Shown: positions 10,068 to 19,656 of the stretch, one piece after another
Position numbering within the stretch: position 1 is the stretch's first letter
Layout of the letters: every line of letters begins with the position of its first letter
From: a virus
Lineage: Duplodnaviria; Caudoviricetes
Virus record (IMG/VR): IMGVR_UViG_3300020463_000001
Span: 136,734 to 200,733 of that record
Direction: 5' to 3' (one strand)
Length of the DNA: 64,000 nucleotides
The notes under the pieces: generated by a model
Seen by the model: the letters and a program-made list of their open reading frames with translations, nothing else
What the model was told of the DNA's origin: nothing
Databases searched by the model: none
Translations under genes and position numbers: made by a program

Positions 10068-10619
10068 ATGGCCGAAAAAAAGAAAAACGCACACTATGTA
10101 GATAACAAAAAACTCCTTGCTGCGATGATAGAATTTCGTAATTCTGTTATTGAGGCGAAAGAGAATGATAAACCAAGGCCCAGAATTCCTAATTACATTG
10201 GAGAATGTATTATGAAGATTTCTGAGCATTTGTCGTATCGTCCTAATTTTATTAACTACACATACAAAGATGAAATGATTTCCGATGGGATAGAGAATTG
10301 TCTCCTATACATAGATAACTTCAATCCAGAGAAATCTAAAAATCCCTTCGCATATTTTACTCAGATAATCTACTATGCCTTTATAAGAAGAATGCAGAAA
10401 GAGAAGAAACAAACTTATGTTAAGTATAAGTCTCTTGAACGTCATGTCTTGGAAGATGATATACTTGAGGCCGGTGGAGTGACTAAGAAAAGTTATCTAG
10501 AGTTTATGCAGAATAATATGTCTGGATTTATCGAAGATTTTGAGAAATCACAGAAAGTCAAAAAGACCAGAGCAAAAGCAAAGAAAAAGGAACAGAATGA
10601 AAATAGCCCTCTTGACTGA
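10068..10619 (+). CDS. 55: Late sigma factor gp55
   Basis: HYVDNKKLL..IPNYIGECIMKI..LSYRPNFINYTYKDEMISDGIENCL.Y..NF.PEKSKNPFAYFTQII. ATG 10068 follows a GAGGA RBS. Confidence 0.95.
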   Translation: MAEKKKNAHYVDNKKLLAAMIEFRNSVIEAKENDKPRPRIPNYIGECIMKISEHLSYRPNFINYTYKDEMISDGIENCLLYIDNFNPEKSKNPFAYFTQIIYYAFIRRMQKEKKQTYVKYKSLERHVLEDDILEAGGVTKKSYLEFMQNNMSGFIEDFEKSQKVKKTRAKAKKKEQNENSPLD

Positions 10620-11643
10620 TACTCATTTTGGAGCTAGGGGTGATTCCCTAGTCTTCTTTGATTACATGATGGAGTTCTATGACAATGTGTTTTTTCCATA
10701 CCTGTCAGAGAACAATATTACAACTATGATTCATCTTGGAGATGTTGTGGATAGACGAAAGTTTATCAACTTCAATATTCTTCATGGCATGAATAGTCGG
10801 TTTATGAAACGATTACAAGACGATAAGATAGAATCTCATATCATTATTGGGAACCATGATACTTACTTTAAGAATACGAATGATATCAATTCTATGAATG
10901 AACTGATAGACTTCAACCACGAGTACTCTCCTAAAGTCTATTCGGATCCGGTTACTTTGAATTTTGACGGCAGAGATATTTGTTTTATGCCGTGGATCAA
11001 CTCTGGTAACTACACCGATTGTAGATCTCACATTAAAGATACCAAAGCAAAAACTTTATTCGGACATCTTGAAATTGCCGGATTTGAAATGAGTCGCGGA
11101 ATCAAGTGCGAAGATGGATTTGATATTCATATGTTTAAAAAGTTTGATTTAGTTTGCTCTGGACATTTCCATCATAAATCAAACAACGGAAATATTCATT
11201 ATCTTGGAAGCCCATACGAAACAACTTGGATAGATTATAATGATCCAAGAGGCTTTCACATATATGATACGGATACAAATGAAATTGAATTTATTCAGAA
11301 CCCATATCGTATGTTTCATAAGATATATTATGATGAAGAAAACCTTGACCGAATAAATTACTCGACATACAATCAGAAATATGTTAAGGTGATTGTCAAA
11401 AACAAAACAAAGCAACATTTATTGGATAATCTAATAGATGAATTATACAACAATGATGTCGTTGATGTATCTGTAGTTGACGATACATACGAGTTTGAAG
11501 GGATGGATGAGACACAATCTATAGAAGATACTATGTCTCTTCTCTCTGGATACATAGATGATTATAATTTAGATTTGGATAAGAATCGGCTTAAAGGTTT
11601 GATTCAAGATTTATACATTACTGCGTTAAGAGAGCCTGCCTAG
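10597..11643 (+). CDS. 47: Recombination endonuclease subunit gp47 (Mre11-like)
   Basis: TDTHFG, HLGDVVD, GNHD, GHLE and SGHFH metallophosphoesterase motifs; start taken at MKIALL. Confidence 0.95.
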   Translation: MKIALLTDTHFGARGDSLVFFDYMMEFYDNVFFPYLSENNITTMIHLGDVVDRRKFINFNILHGMNSRFMKRLQDDKIESHIIIGNHDTYFKNTNDINSMNELIDFNHEYSPKVYSDPVTLNFDGRDICFMPWINSGNYTDCRSHIKDTKAKTLFGHLEIAGFEMSRGIKCEDGFDIHMFKKFDLVCSGHFHHKSNNGNIHYLGSPYETTWIDYNDPRGFHIYDTDTNEIEFIQNPYRMFHKIYYDEENLDRINYSTYNQKYVKVIVKNKTKQHLLDNLIDELYNNDVVDVSVVDDTYEFEGMDETQSIEDTMSLLSGYIDDYNLDLDKNRLKGLIQDLYITALREPA

Positions 11644-13361
11644 TGTTAGAATTTCAAAAAATACGGTGGAAGAATTTTCTTTCCACTGGTGATAACTTTA
11701 CTGAAATATTATTTGACAAATCTCCAACCACATTAATCCTTGGTGCAAATGGAGCCGGAAAATCTACGGTTCTGGATGCACTCACCTTTGGATTGTTTGG
11801 TAAACCCTTTCGAAAGATAAACAAACCTCAGTTGGCGAACTCTGTCAATGAGAAAGATTGTCTTATTGAGATTGAGTTCAAGATAGGAAAGACTCAGTAT
11901 AAGATTCGTAGAGGTATCAAGCCTGGCATCTTTGAGATATATCATAATAAAAAGATGATCAATCAGGATTCCAAGATAAAAGACTATCAAAAATATCTAG
12001 AAGATAATATTCTCAAACTTAATTTTAAGTCTTTTACTCAAACAGTGATCTTGGGATCTGCTACTTTTGTTCCGTTCATGCAACTTTCGGCAAAAGATCG
12101 AAGAGACATCATAGAAGATCTATTAGACATTAAGATATTCTCTTCTATGAATGAGATACTGAAATCCAGATTAATAGACCATAAAGAAAATTTAAGAGAA
12201 ACCGGCAATGAAAGAAATAATATAGACAATCAGATCCACTTACAAGAATCTAGCATAGAAGAAATCAAGAAGGATAGAAAGAAACTTATACAAACTTCTA
12301 AGAAAAAGATAGAAGAGTATCAATTAAAGATTGATGAAAATGATTCTTGTATAGAAAAACTTACCGCAAAGATTGGTATGTTAAATGATACACTTGTTGA
12401 ATTAAAACCAGTACAAAAGAAAATATCCAAGATGGATAGTATTAGTGCTGGACTGACTTCTAAGATTAAGTCTCTTAAAGAAGATCAAGAGTTCTTTCAC
12501 GATATTGATAATTGTCCTACCTGTAAACAAGATGTTGATGCATCTCATAAAGAAATGATGATTGCAGAAAGGAAAGATAAACAAAAAGAAATAGAACAGG
12601 CCATAGAAGATTTTAAGAGTGAATATGAAGTTATTAATGCAAGGATGGATAAATTATTAAATACTCAGAATAAAGTATCTAATCTTACTGCAGATATATC
12701 CGAAAAAACTTCTCACAATAAAGGCCTCAAAAGTTCTATAAAGGATTACGAAAGAGAAGTAGAAGAACTTGAATCGACAGATACATCTACCACTAAGATG
12801 CGAAAAGATCTCAAGAAGTTTACTGATCAGAAAAATAGGATAGAAAGGATAAGAGAAGAACTTTTGGAAGAAAGAGAATACTTGAATGTTGCTTCTACAC
12901 TTCTTAAGGATGGTGGTATTAAGACTTCTATCATCAAATATTATCTTCCCATTATGAATGGTCTGATAAACAAGTATCTTCATCAAATGGATTTCTATGT
13001 TAACTTTACAATGGATGAAAACTTCTCAGAGAATATTAAGTCTCGCAATAGAGAAAACTTTTCTTACAGCTCATTCTCCGAAGGTGAAAAGATGCGAATA
13101 GACCTGGCTCTACTCTTCACTTGGAGAGAAGTCGCGAAGATGAAGAATAGTGTTAATACAAATCTTTTGATACTGGATGAAGTATTTGATAGTTCTCTAG
13201 ATAGTAATGGAACAGATGAGTTCTTAAAACTTCTCAATCAACTTGGCGGAAATAATGTATTTGTTATTTCACACAAAGGAGAGATCCTCTACGATAAATT
13301 TAGAAGTATCATCAAGTTTGATAAAATCAAAAACTTCAGTAAAATAGTGGAAGAGAAGTAA
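11643..13361 (+). CDS. 46: Recombination ATPase subunit gp46 (Rad50-like)
   Basis: GANGAGKS Walker A, CPTC hook, FSEGEKMR signature, LDEVFD. Confidence 0.95.
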   Translation: MLEFQKIRWKNFLSTGDNFTEILFDKSPTTLILGANGAGKSTVLDALTFGLFGKPFRKINKPQLANSVNEKDCLIEIEFKIGKTQYKIRRGIKPGIFEIYHNKKMINQDSKIKDYQKYLEDNILKLNFKSFTQTVILGSATFVPFMQLSAKDRRDIIEDLLDIKIFSSMNEILKSRLIDHKENLRETGNERNNIDNQIHLQESSIEEIKKDRKKLIQTSKKKIEEYQLKIDENDSCIEKLTAKIGMLNDTLVELKPVQKKISKMDSISAGLTSKIKSLKEDQEFFHDIDNCPTCKQDVDASHKEMMIAERKDKQKEIEQAIEDFKSEYEVINARMDKLLNTQNKVSNLTADISEKTSHNKGLKSSIKDYEREVEELESTDTSTTKMRKDLKKFTDQKNRIERIREELLEEREYLNVASTLLKDGGIKTSIIKYYLPIMNGLINKYLHQMDFYVNFTMDENFSENIKSRNRENFSYSSFSEGEKMRIDLALLFTWREVAKMKNSVNTNLLILDEVFDSSLDSNGTDEFLKLLNQLGGNNVFVISHKGEILYDKFRSIIKFDKIKNFSKIVEEK

Positions 13362-13549
13362 TGGATGGCGTGGATCTAGAAATCAAAAGGAAGGATTCTA
13401 CTCTGTTGATAAAAGTCAACAAAGAAGAGAAGAAAAAGTTTATTGCTCTGTGTGAGTTGAATGATTCCAGTGCATCCAGAGAGATTCGCAGATTTATGAA
13501 AGAATATATTAATAATTTTTCGGTGGAAATAAAACTTGACAACGGCTAG
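13361..13549 (+). CDS. Ribbon-helix-helix (CopG/Arc-like) DNA-binding protein
   Basis: Strand TLLIKV, helix KEEKKKFIALCE, helix SASREIRRFMKEYI. TAATG-coupled to gp46. Confidence 0.6.
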   Translation: MDGVDLEIKRKDSTLLIKVNKEEKKKFIALCELNDSSASREIRRFMKEYINNFSVEIKLDNG

Positions 13550-14759
13550 AAAATTTGAGACAATGGTTCCCATGTATCAACCTTATACTCTAAAGGATGT
13601 GTTTGCAGCATCCGCACAGAATAAATTTAACGTCATATCTACATTCGCTGGCGGTGGTGGATCTAGTACTGGTTATCGTCTTGCTGGCGGTAATGTATTG
13701 TGTGTAAATGAATTTGTCGAAGAGGCACAAAATACCTACGCAGAAAACTATCCAAACACTCCTATACTACCTAACGATATTAAGGAGTTGAGTGGATCAG
13801 ACTTTTTAGATATTGTCGGATTGGGTGTGGGCGAGTTAGATATTCTTGATGGTTCGCCACCGTGTTCTGCATTTTCAGTTGCAGGAAAACTATCTCACAA
13901 TGTTAAAAAGGAAGAGATGGTTGATTTGTTTGGAGAGACAACTATAGTCAATGTGTCTGGAAAACATTCAGATGGTTGGGGTCAGACTAAGAATTATTCT
14001 GACGGAAAGATGGTAGAGAATATCGAAGATCTTTTCTTTGAGTTCCTTAGAGTTGCAAATGATATCAAACCCAAAGTGATTGTTGCGGAGAATGTTAAAG
14101 GATTGACCATAGGCGAGGCGAAACAATACTATAATAAAATTCTCAACGAGTTCGAAAAGATAGGGTATGATGTTTCATCTCAAGTCATGGACGCAAGATA
14201 TTATGGTGTTTCTCAGACAAGAACTAGGGTAATCTTTATCGGCATTAGACACGATATTACTGAGAAGGCTGGTTTTAACTTTATGACTGTTGGAAATATT
14301 TTTCCGCAACCGTCCAGAAAAATAATTCCCTTGATGGATGCCCTAGTAGATTTAGAATACGATCAAGAAGAAGTTGATTATCTCACAGAGAAGTTTACTA
14401 AAACTGCGTATTGGTTACAGACCGGAAGTAAGATGGAAGACGATCCAAAGAAAGTTTTGACTGGAATGGATTATCATCCGAAAGGACATCACTTTAACCT
14501 CAAAAGAGTGTCCAGATACGCACCAGCACCCACGCTAACGGCGATGGGGAGTAATGACACTACAGCAGGTGCATTCCACTGGGCCGAACCTAGAAAACTC
14601 ACTCTGGGGGAATTAAAGAGGATTCAGAGTTTACCTGATGACTTCAAGTTGACCGGAAAATGGAACCAGAAATCAGAAAGAATCGGTAGAATGGTTCCGC
14701 CAAAAATGATGCAGTCAATTGCTGCGTCTATCTATGAAAATGTATTGGAGAAAATATGA
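13536..14759 (+). CDS. C5-cytosine DNA methyltransferase family (probable carboxymethyltransferase)
   Basis: Motif I STFAGGGG, motif IV GSPPCSAFS, motif VI AENVKGL, motif VIII QTRTRVIFIG; motif X reads IGRMVPP instead of IGN(A/S)VPP. True start may be ATG 13563 or 13572. Confidence 0.9.
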   Translation: MTTARKFETMVPMYQPYTLKDVFAASAQNKFNVISTFAGGGGSSTGYRLAGGNVLCVNEFVEEAQNTYAENYPNTPILPNDIKELSGSDFLDIVGLGVGELDILDGSPPCSAFSVAGKLSHNVKKEEMVDLFGETTIVNVSGKHSDGWGQTKNYSDGKMVENIEDLFFEFLRVANDIKPKVIVAENVKGLTIGEAKQYYNKILNEFEKIGYDVSSQVMDARYYGVSQTRTRVIFIGIRHDITEKAGFNFMTVGNIFPQPSRKIIPLMDALVDLEYDQEEVDYLTEKFTKTAYWLQTGSKMEDDPKKVLTGMDYHPKGHHFNLKRVSRYAPAPTLTAMGSNDTTAGAFHWAEPRKLTLGELKRIQSLPDDFKLTGKWNQKSERIGRMVPPKMMQSIAASIYENVLEKI

Positions 14760-15304
14760 GCAACGTAAGCCAATTGATCGCTAAACATAATGGTGATGAT
14801 CCTTTTAACGATGAAGCCCAAAGAAACGCGCTTAAAAGTTTCCTTCGCACAGACCTTGATTTTGTCAGATTTATTTTAGACTATGCAGAAATAAAAAGTG
14901 ACGCTAAGCCATGTGATATTATAGATGACCCTTTAGGAGAAAAAAGAGTAGACTTGGGAATAATAGATAAAAATTCTAATGTTCGATGTTTAGTTGAAGT
15001 TGATTACTATTTCAAATGGGATCCATTTTGGCCAAAAAACTATAAAAATGCTCACGCATTAGAGAGAAAAATAAAATATTGGAGGGGCAAAAATATCCCA
15101 TATATTGGTTGTACTTTTAGTAAAAATCTCGATAAGATGATAGTAATTACAGATGAACTTATAACAGAGTATATGCACACCAAACGAAAAAAGTGGGTAG
15201 AACTTCATGGCGAGTTGGTAGAAGATGTTTTCATTAGTATACCCCCCTTCAGAGCGTTTAAGTTTGGAGATTGGCAAGACGACGAATTACGGAGAGTTTC
15301 ATAA
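14756..15304 (+). CDS. Hypothetical, PD-(D/E)xK nuclease-like
   Basis: DDPLGEKRVDLGII...LVEVD pattern. ATGA and TAATG overlaps with both neighbours. Confidence 0.45.
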   Translation: MSNVSQLIAKHNGDDPFNDEAQRNALKSFLRTDLDFVRFILDYAEIKSDAKPCDIIDDPLGEKRVDLGIIDKNSNVRCLVEVDYYFKWDPFWPKNYKNAHALERKIKYWRGKNIPYIGCTFSKNLDKMIVITDELITEYMHTKRKKWVELHGELVEDVFISIPPFRAFKFGDWQDDELRRVS

Positions 15305-15990
15305 TGGCAGACTTTACTTTTGCACACAGAAAAGAGGGCTTCGATGCTCACATAGATGCATCTATTCGTCACTACTCATCACTTCATGATGATATAGTTG
15401 CAATGTCTAGATACTTTGTAGAGAATGATACCAGTGTAGTTGATATTGGTTGCTCTACTGGAAAAACTCTAGGGGCAATGATTGACCAGAATAAGGAATC
15501 GGCTCCTAATGCACAGTATCATGGAGTTGAAAACGCAGATGGATTTGCGGAAGATATGAAATCCAGAGAAGAAGAATATGTTGATTCTAATCTCAGTTTA
15601 CATTTTCAAGATGTAAGAAACTTTGTATTTCCTGTTGATTCTTCATTCATAACGAGCATATTTACTTTACAGTTTATTCCAAAACGAGATCGACAATCTA
15701 TTCTGGATTCGATATATGATTCTCTTCTTCCCGGCGGAGCATTCGTTTTTTCTGAGAAGACTTATGCCTCATCTCCAGAACTAGAACAGATACTCACATT
15801 CCTCTTTTATGACCATAAAAGAAAAGAGTTTTCCTGTGAAGATATTATGGACAAAGAATATACTTTGAGATCAATGCTGAAACCAATGCACTGGGACGAT
15901 TTACTATCCATGATGTACGAGGCAGGATTCCAAGAAGTTCAACCTTTTTGGAGAAATCATCTATTCGTAGGAGCAATCGCTATAAAATAG
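15304..15990 (+). CDS. cmoA: CmoA-like SAM-dependent enzyme (carboxy-SAM synthase family)
   Basis: FxF..GFDAHIDASIRHY, VVDIGCSTG, IFTLQFI, LLPGGAFVFSEK and AGF match the CmoA family. ATG 15304 overlaps the upstream TAA. Confidence 0.8.
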   Translation: MADFTFAHRKEGFDAHIDASIRHYSSLHDDIVAMSRYFVENDTSVVDIGCSTGKTLGAMIDQNKESAPNAQYHGVENADGFAEDMKSREEEYVDSNLSLHFQDVRNFVFPVDSSFITSIFTLQFIPKRDRQSILDSIYDSLLPGGAFVFSEKTYASSPELEQILTFLFYDHKRKEFSCEDIMDKEYTLRSMLKPMHWDDLLSMMYEAGFQEVQPFWRNHLFVGAIAIK

Positions 15991-16035
15991 TTATAACGAT
16001 ATTCCAAAAAGTTCTATAAATCGCCAAATAATTAG

Positions 16036-16064
16036 TTGACATTCGCCAACTAGCCCCTTAGAAT
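16036..16064 (+). promoter_or_regulatory. Sigma70 early promoter (TTGACA-17-TAGAAT)
   Basis: Hexamers at 16036-16041 and 16059-16064, upstream of cobT-like gene. Confidence 0.8.
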
Positions 16065-16093
16065 AGCTGTATAGTTTGTTGATAGAGAACCAA

Positions 16094-18412
16094 ATGACCG
16101 AAGTTACCGTCTCCAAGAATTCCAAGAGTCTTCTTGCTCGTCTACTTGCGGAAGAAAACATTCGCGTCGAACACTCTTCAGAAGTTGTGACAGCGAGTTT
16201 CAATGTAGAGACTCGACTATTACTTCTTCCTATCTGGAAAGATGAATCATATACTCCTGATATATATGACCTTTTTGTTGGCCATGAAGTTGCTCACGCA
16301 TTATACACTCCAAGTGATCTAGAAGTTCTAGAAGAAGCCATGAAGCGATCCAACCATGCGTTTCTTAACGTAGTGGAAGATGCGCGAATTGAGAAGTTAA
16401 TGAAGCGAAAGTTTCAAGGTCTTCAGGCTCCTTTCAAGAATGCGTATCAAGATCTTTACGAGAGAGACTTTTTCAGTCTTAAGGGTCAACCTATTCAATC
16501 TCGCAATTTCATTGACCGCATCAATCTCTTCTTTAAGTTGCGATATGCGCTGAACCTATACGCACCATCCATCTTCAATTCAGAAGAAATGACTTTCATT
16601 CGCAGGATCGATGATGCAGAAACTTATGTGGAAGTTGCGGATATCTGTGAAGATCTTTACAAGTATCTGAAAGAGAAGCAAGAAGAACAACAGCAACAGG
16701 CACAAATGTCTCCCAGTTCTTCTAATTCTGAAGGAGAACCTCAAGAAGGCGAGACTTATGAAATGCCTTCTGATGATGAAGAAGAAGAATCTGAGGGGTC
16801 AACAGAGGCTTCTGGATCCGGAGAAGAAGAATCAGAAGAAGGGCCCAAGGAATCTTCTGGATCATCTTCTGAAGAACAACCAGAAGAGTCTGGAGAAGAG
16901 ACCGAAGAACAATCTACCGCATCATCTTCTGAAGAAAAGAAAAATCCTCAAGATGGAAATCAGTCAAGCGTCTTTACCGATGAGTTCACTTCAGAGACTA
17001 GTGAGTCTCTAGAAGAAAATCTCAAGGAGATGGTTAATGAAAATACTCGCGAAAGTGTTTACATCAATCTTCACAGTAACTATGAACTAGAGAAGTATGT
17101 CCATGACTATACAGAAGTTCAGGCAGACTTTGAACGCGAGGTATCTGCAGTAGAAGTACTTCATCGTCAACAATATAGTCACGGTGATGCACCAGAGTTA
17201 AATTTTCCTTCTCTGAAAGAATTGATCTCAGAAAACTCAAAGACCATTTCTTATCTTGTAAAAGAATTCGAAATGAAGAAAGCTGCTCGCGCACAGGCAT
17301 TGAGTTCAGAATCCAAGACTGGTGCGATCAACACTTCCAAGTTGTGGAGTTATCAAGTCAACGAAGATATTTTCCTTCGTAAGACTAACACTCCAGACGG
17401 CAAGAATCATGGTATGGTTATGGTAGTAGACTGGAGTGGATCTATGGGATCTACTGTTCTTAACACTGTCAAACAGACCATCGTTCTCGCAACATTTTGT
17501 AAGAGAGTTGGAATTCCTTTTGAGGTCTACAACTTTACCAGTGTTAATAAGAAGGCTGTTCCGGAACCAAGTATCTTGCCATTATCGGAAGGAGACATTC
17601 TTCTAAGGAGTATCGCATTGCGAAATACGTTATCCAGTAGAATGAGTGGCAAGGTCTTTAATCAGGCCTGTCAAAACTATCTGAACATTGCTGCGATAGT
17701 AGGGAATGCGATAGGGGCATACTACATTCCTTATCGATTGATGCATACTGCAGTCTCTGAGGATCAGTTTGGTGCCACTCCTACTAATCAGGCACTGGTT
17801 CTTCTAGACAGAGTGATTCCTAAGTTCCGCAAAGAAAATTCTTTAGAGAAGGTTAACTTAGTTCTATTGACTGATGGAGAACCTACCGATCATCTTACTT
17901 ATAAGAAAATAGATGATGACTATCCAACGGAACGAACAACTAGATATGCTTCGAACATTTATGTGCGAGATACATCTACTAATGAGACTTATCGCATGGT
18001 TGCTGAGAATGAGTATAGTGGAATTGACGGTTTCGACTCTTCTAAGTTTCTTATCAAGATCTTGCGAGAGAAGCATGGGATCAATTCTATTGGATTCTAT
18101 CTCTTGAATTCTCATGGGAGAACTGAGATTAAACGAGTCATTCAAAGATTTGTTAACTACAATCTACAACCATACATGGAAGAGTATCGCACTCTGCGAA
18201 AAGAATTCAACAAGAATAACTTCTTTGTTGCGACTAACTCAGGACACAATGAGTACTATATCATCAATGCGAAGGTAGATCCTAAGACTGATGAGTTGGA
18301 TGTAAATTCATCTATGTCAAAGGCTGCAATCGCAAAAAGCTTCATGAGTCACAATAGATCTAAGGTTGTAAACCGACAATTATTAAATAAATTTGTCGAT
18401 TTAGTAAAATAG
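16094..18412 (+). CDS. cobT: CobT-like protein: HExxH domain, acidic linker, vWA domain
   Basis: VGHEVAH, NVVEDARIEK, Glu/Ser-rich linker, MIDAS VVDWSGSM and LLTDGE; adjacent to MoxR-type AAA. Confidence 0.8.
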   Translation: MTEVTVSKNSKSLLARLLAEENIRVEHSSEVVTASFNVETRLLLLPIWKDESYTPDIYDLFVGHEVAHALYTPSDLEVLEEAMKRSNHAFLNVVEDARIEKLMKRKFQGLQAPFKNAYQDLYERDFFSLKGQPIQSRNFIDRINLFFKLRYALNLYAPSIFNSEEMTFIRRIDDAETYVEVADICEDLYKYLKEKQEEQQQQAQMSPSSSNSEGEPQEGETYEMPSDDEEEESEGSTEASGSGEEESEEGPKESSGSSSEEQPEESGEETEEQSTASSSEEKKNPQDGNQSSVFTDEFTSETSESLEENLKEMVNENTRESVYINLHSNYELEKYVHDYTEVQADFEREVSAVEVLHRQQYSHGDAPELNFPSLKELISENSKTISYLVKEFEMKKAARAQALSSESKTGAINTSKLWSYQVNEDIFLRKTNTPDGKNHGMVMVVDWSGSMGSTVLNTVKQTIVLATFCKRVGIPFEVYNFTSVNKKAVPEPSILPLSEGDILLRSIALRNTLSSRMSGKVFNQACQNYLNIAAIVGNAIGAYYIPYRLMHTAVSEDQFGATPTNQALVLLDRVIPKFRKENSLEKVNLVLLTDGEPTDHLTYKKIDDDYPTERTTRYASNIYVRDTSTNETYRMVAENEYSGIDGFDSSKFLIKILREKHGINSIGFYLLNSHGRTEIKRVIQRFVNYNLQPYMEEYRTLRKEFNKNNFFVATNSGHNEYYIINAKVDPKTDELDVNSSMSKAAIAKSFMSHNRSKVVNRQLLNKFVDLVK

Positions 18413-18415
18413 CCC

Positions 18416-18444
18416 TTGACAAAGAGCTAAGAATAGATTAGCAT
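18416..18444 (+). promoter_or_regulatory. Sigma70 promoter (TTGACA-17-TAGCAT)
   Basis: Intergenic hexamers with 17-nt spacing. Confidence 0.6.
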
Positions 18445-18477
18445 ATAAACTGGAATTTTTAACTGAGAGAGAAAATT

Positions 18478-19647
18478 ATGCCTCGCACTGCAAACCTAGA
18501 AACCCGAAAGACTCTTCTTACCGCCCTTCAAGAAGAAGCGGTTGATGGAATTGTCACTACAGGTCAAATCAAGGCTGCTGCTAAGAAGATTGGATCTTCT
18601 AGTACTAAATGGTTGCGTTCAATGGAACTGAAAGTTTCTTACGGAAAGTATCAACTTCCGGAAAGTGTTGCCGGAACTCCGCCAACTAAAACTCAAACAG
18701 TATCTAAGGTTGTCGAAGAGACTTCTATCGATATTTCATTGGAACAAAATCTGGTTCCGGCAAAAGATCCCAACTTCGTCAAGTTTGGATTCTACAATGA
18801 TCTCAAGACCATCGTAGGTTCTAAGATGTTCTATCCGGTATTCATCACTGGTCTTTCTGGAAATGGTAAGACTCATGGTGCTCAACAAGTTTGTGCGGCT
18901 CTCAAGCGAGAGTGTATCACCATCCCGATAACTGTTGAGACAGATGAGTCGGATCTTTTAGGAGATAAGACTCTAGTGGATGGAAACATCCGATTTGTTC
19001 CTGGCCCTGTAGTTCGGGCGATGGAAACTGGTGCGGTTTTGATCTTGGATGAGATTGACCTTGCATCAAATAAGATTATGTGTCTTCAGTCTATCATTGA
19101 CGGCAAGGGAGTTTTTCTTAAGAAGGACAACCGATTCGTAATTCCTAAGAAGGGATTCACTGTCATTGCGACTGCGAACACTAAAGGTAAAGGATCCGAC
19201 GATGGTCGATTCATTGGAACCAATGTCCTAAACGAAGCTTTCCTAGAGCGATTCAAGGTTACTTTCGAACAAGAGTATCCTACTCAGGTTACTGAGAAGA
19301 AGATTCTAAACAACTACCTTGAATCCTTCGGCGTGAAGGATGCAGAGTTCGCGGAAGATTTGACCGTATGGGCTTCTGCAATTCGTAAGACCTTCATGGA
19401 AGGCGGTTGTGATGAGTTGATCTCTACTCGCCGCCTGGTTCACATTGTCGAGACTTTCTCAATCTTCAAGAACAAAATGAAGTCTATTGAATTGTGCGTC
19501 AGTCGTTTTGATGAAGATACTAAGGCATCATTCATCGATCTCTTTGAGAAGATCAGTGACCCGAATGAAGAGTTTCAAGACTCTTCATGCGAGGGTCAGA
19601 TTCCAGAAGGATCCGACTATGCCTCTGATAATGACACTGCGTTTTAA
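18478..19647 (+). CDS. cobS: CobS-like MoxR AAA+ ATPase
   Basis: GLSGNGKT, LILDEID, IATANTKGKG, NVLNEAFLERF. Confidence 0.9.
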   Translation: MPRTANLETRKTLLTALQEEAVDGIVTTGQIKAAAKKIGSSSTKWLRSMELKVSYGKYQLPESVAGTPPTKTQTVSKVVEETSIDISLEQNLVPAKDPNFVKFGFYNDLKTIVGSKMFYPVFITGLSGNGKTHGAQQVCAALKRECITIPITVETDESDLLGDKTLVDGNIRFVPGPVVRAMETGAVLILDEIDLASNKIMCLQSIIDGKGVFLKKDNRFVIPKKGFTVIATANTKGKGSDDGRFIGTNVLNEAFLERFKVTFEQEYPTQVTEKKILNNYLESFGVKDAEFAEDLTVWASAIRKTFMEGGCDELISTRRLVHIVETFSIFKNKMKSIELCVSRFDEDTKASFIDLFEKISDPNEEFQDSSCEGQIPEGSDYASDNDTAF

Positions 19648-19656
19648 GGATCGAGA

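Noticed and set aside
16094-19647. Cobalamin biosynthesis auxiliary genes
   Set aside because: CobS/CobT-like naming reflects a MoxR/vWA pair; no cobN or other cob genes are in the window.
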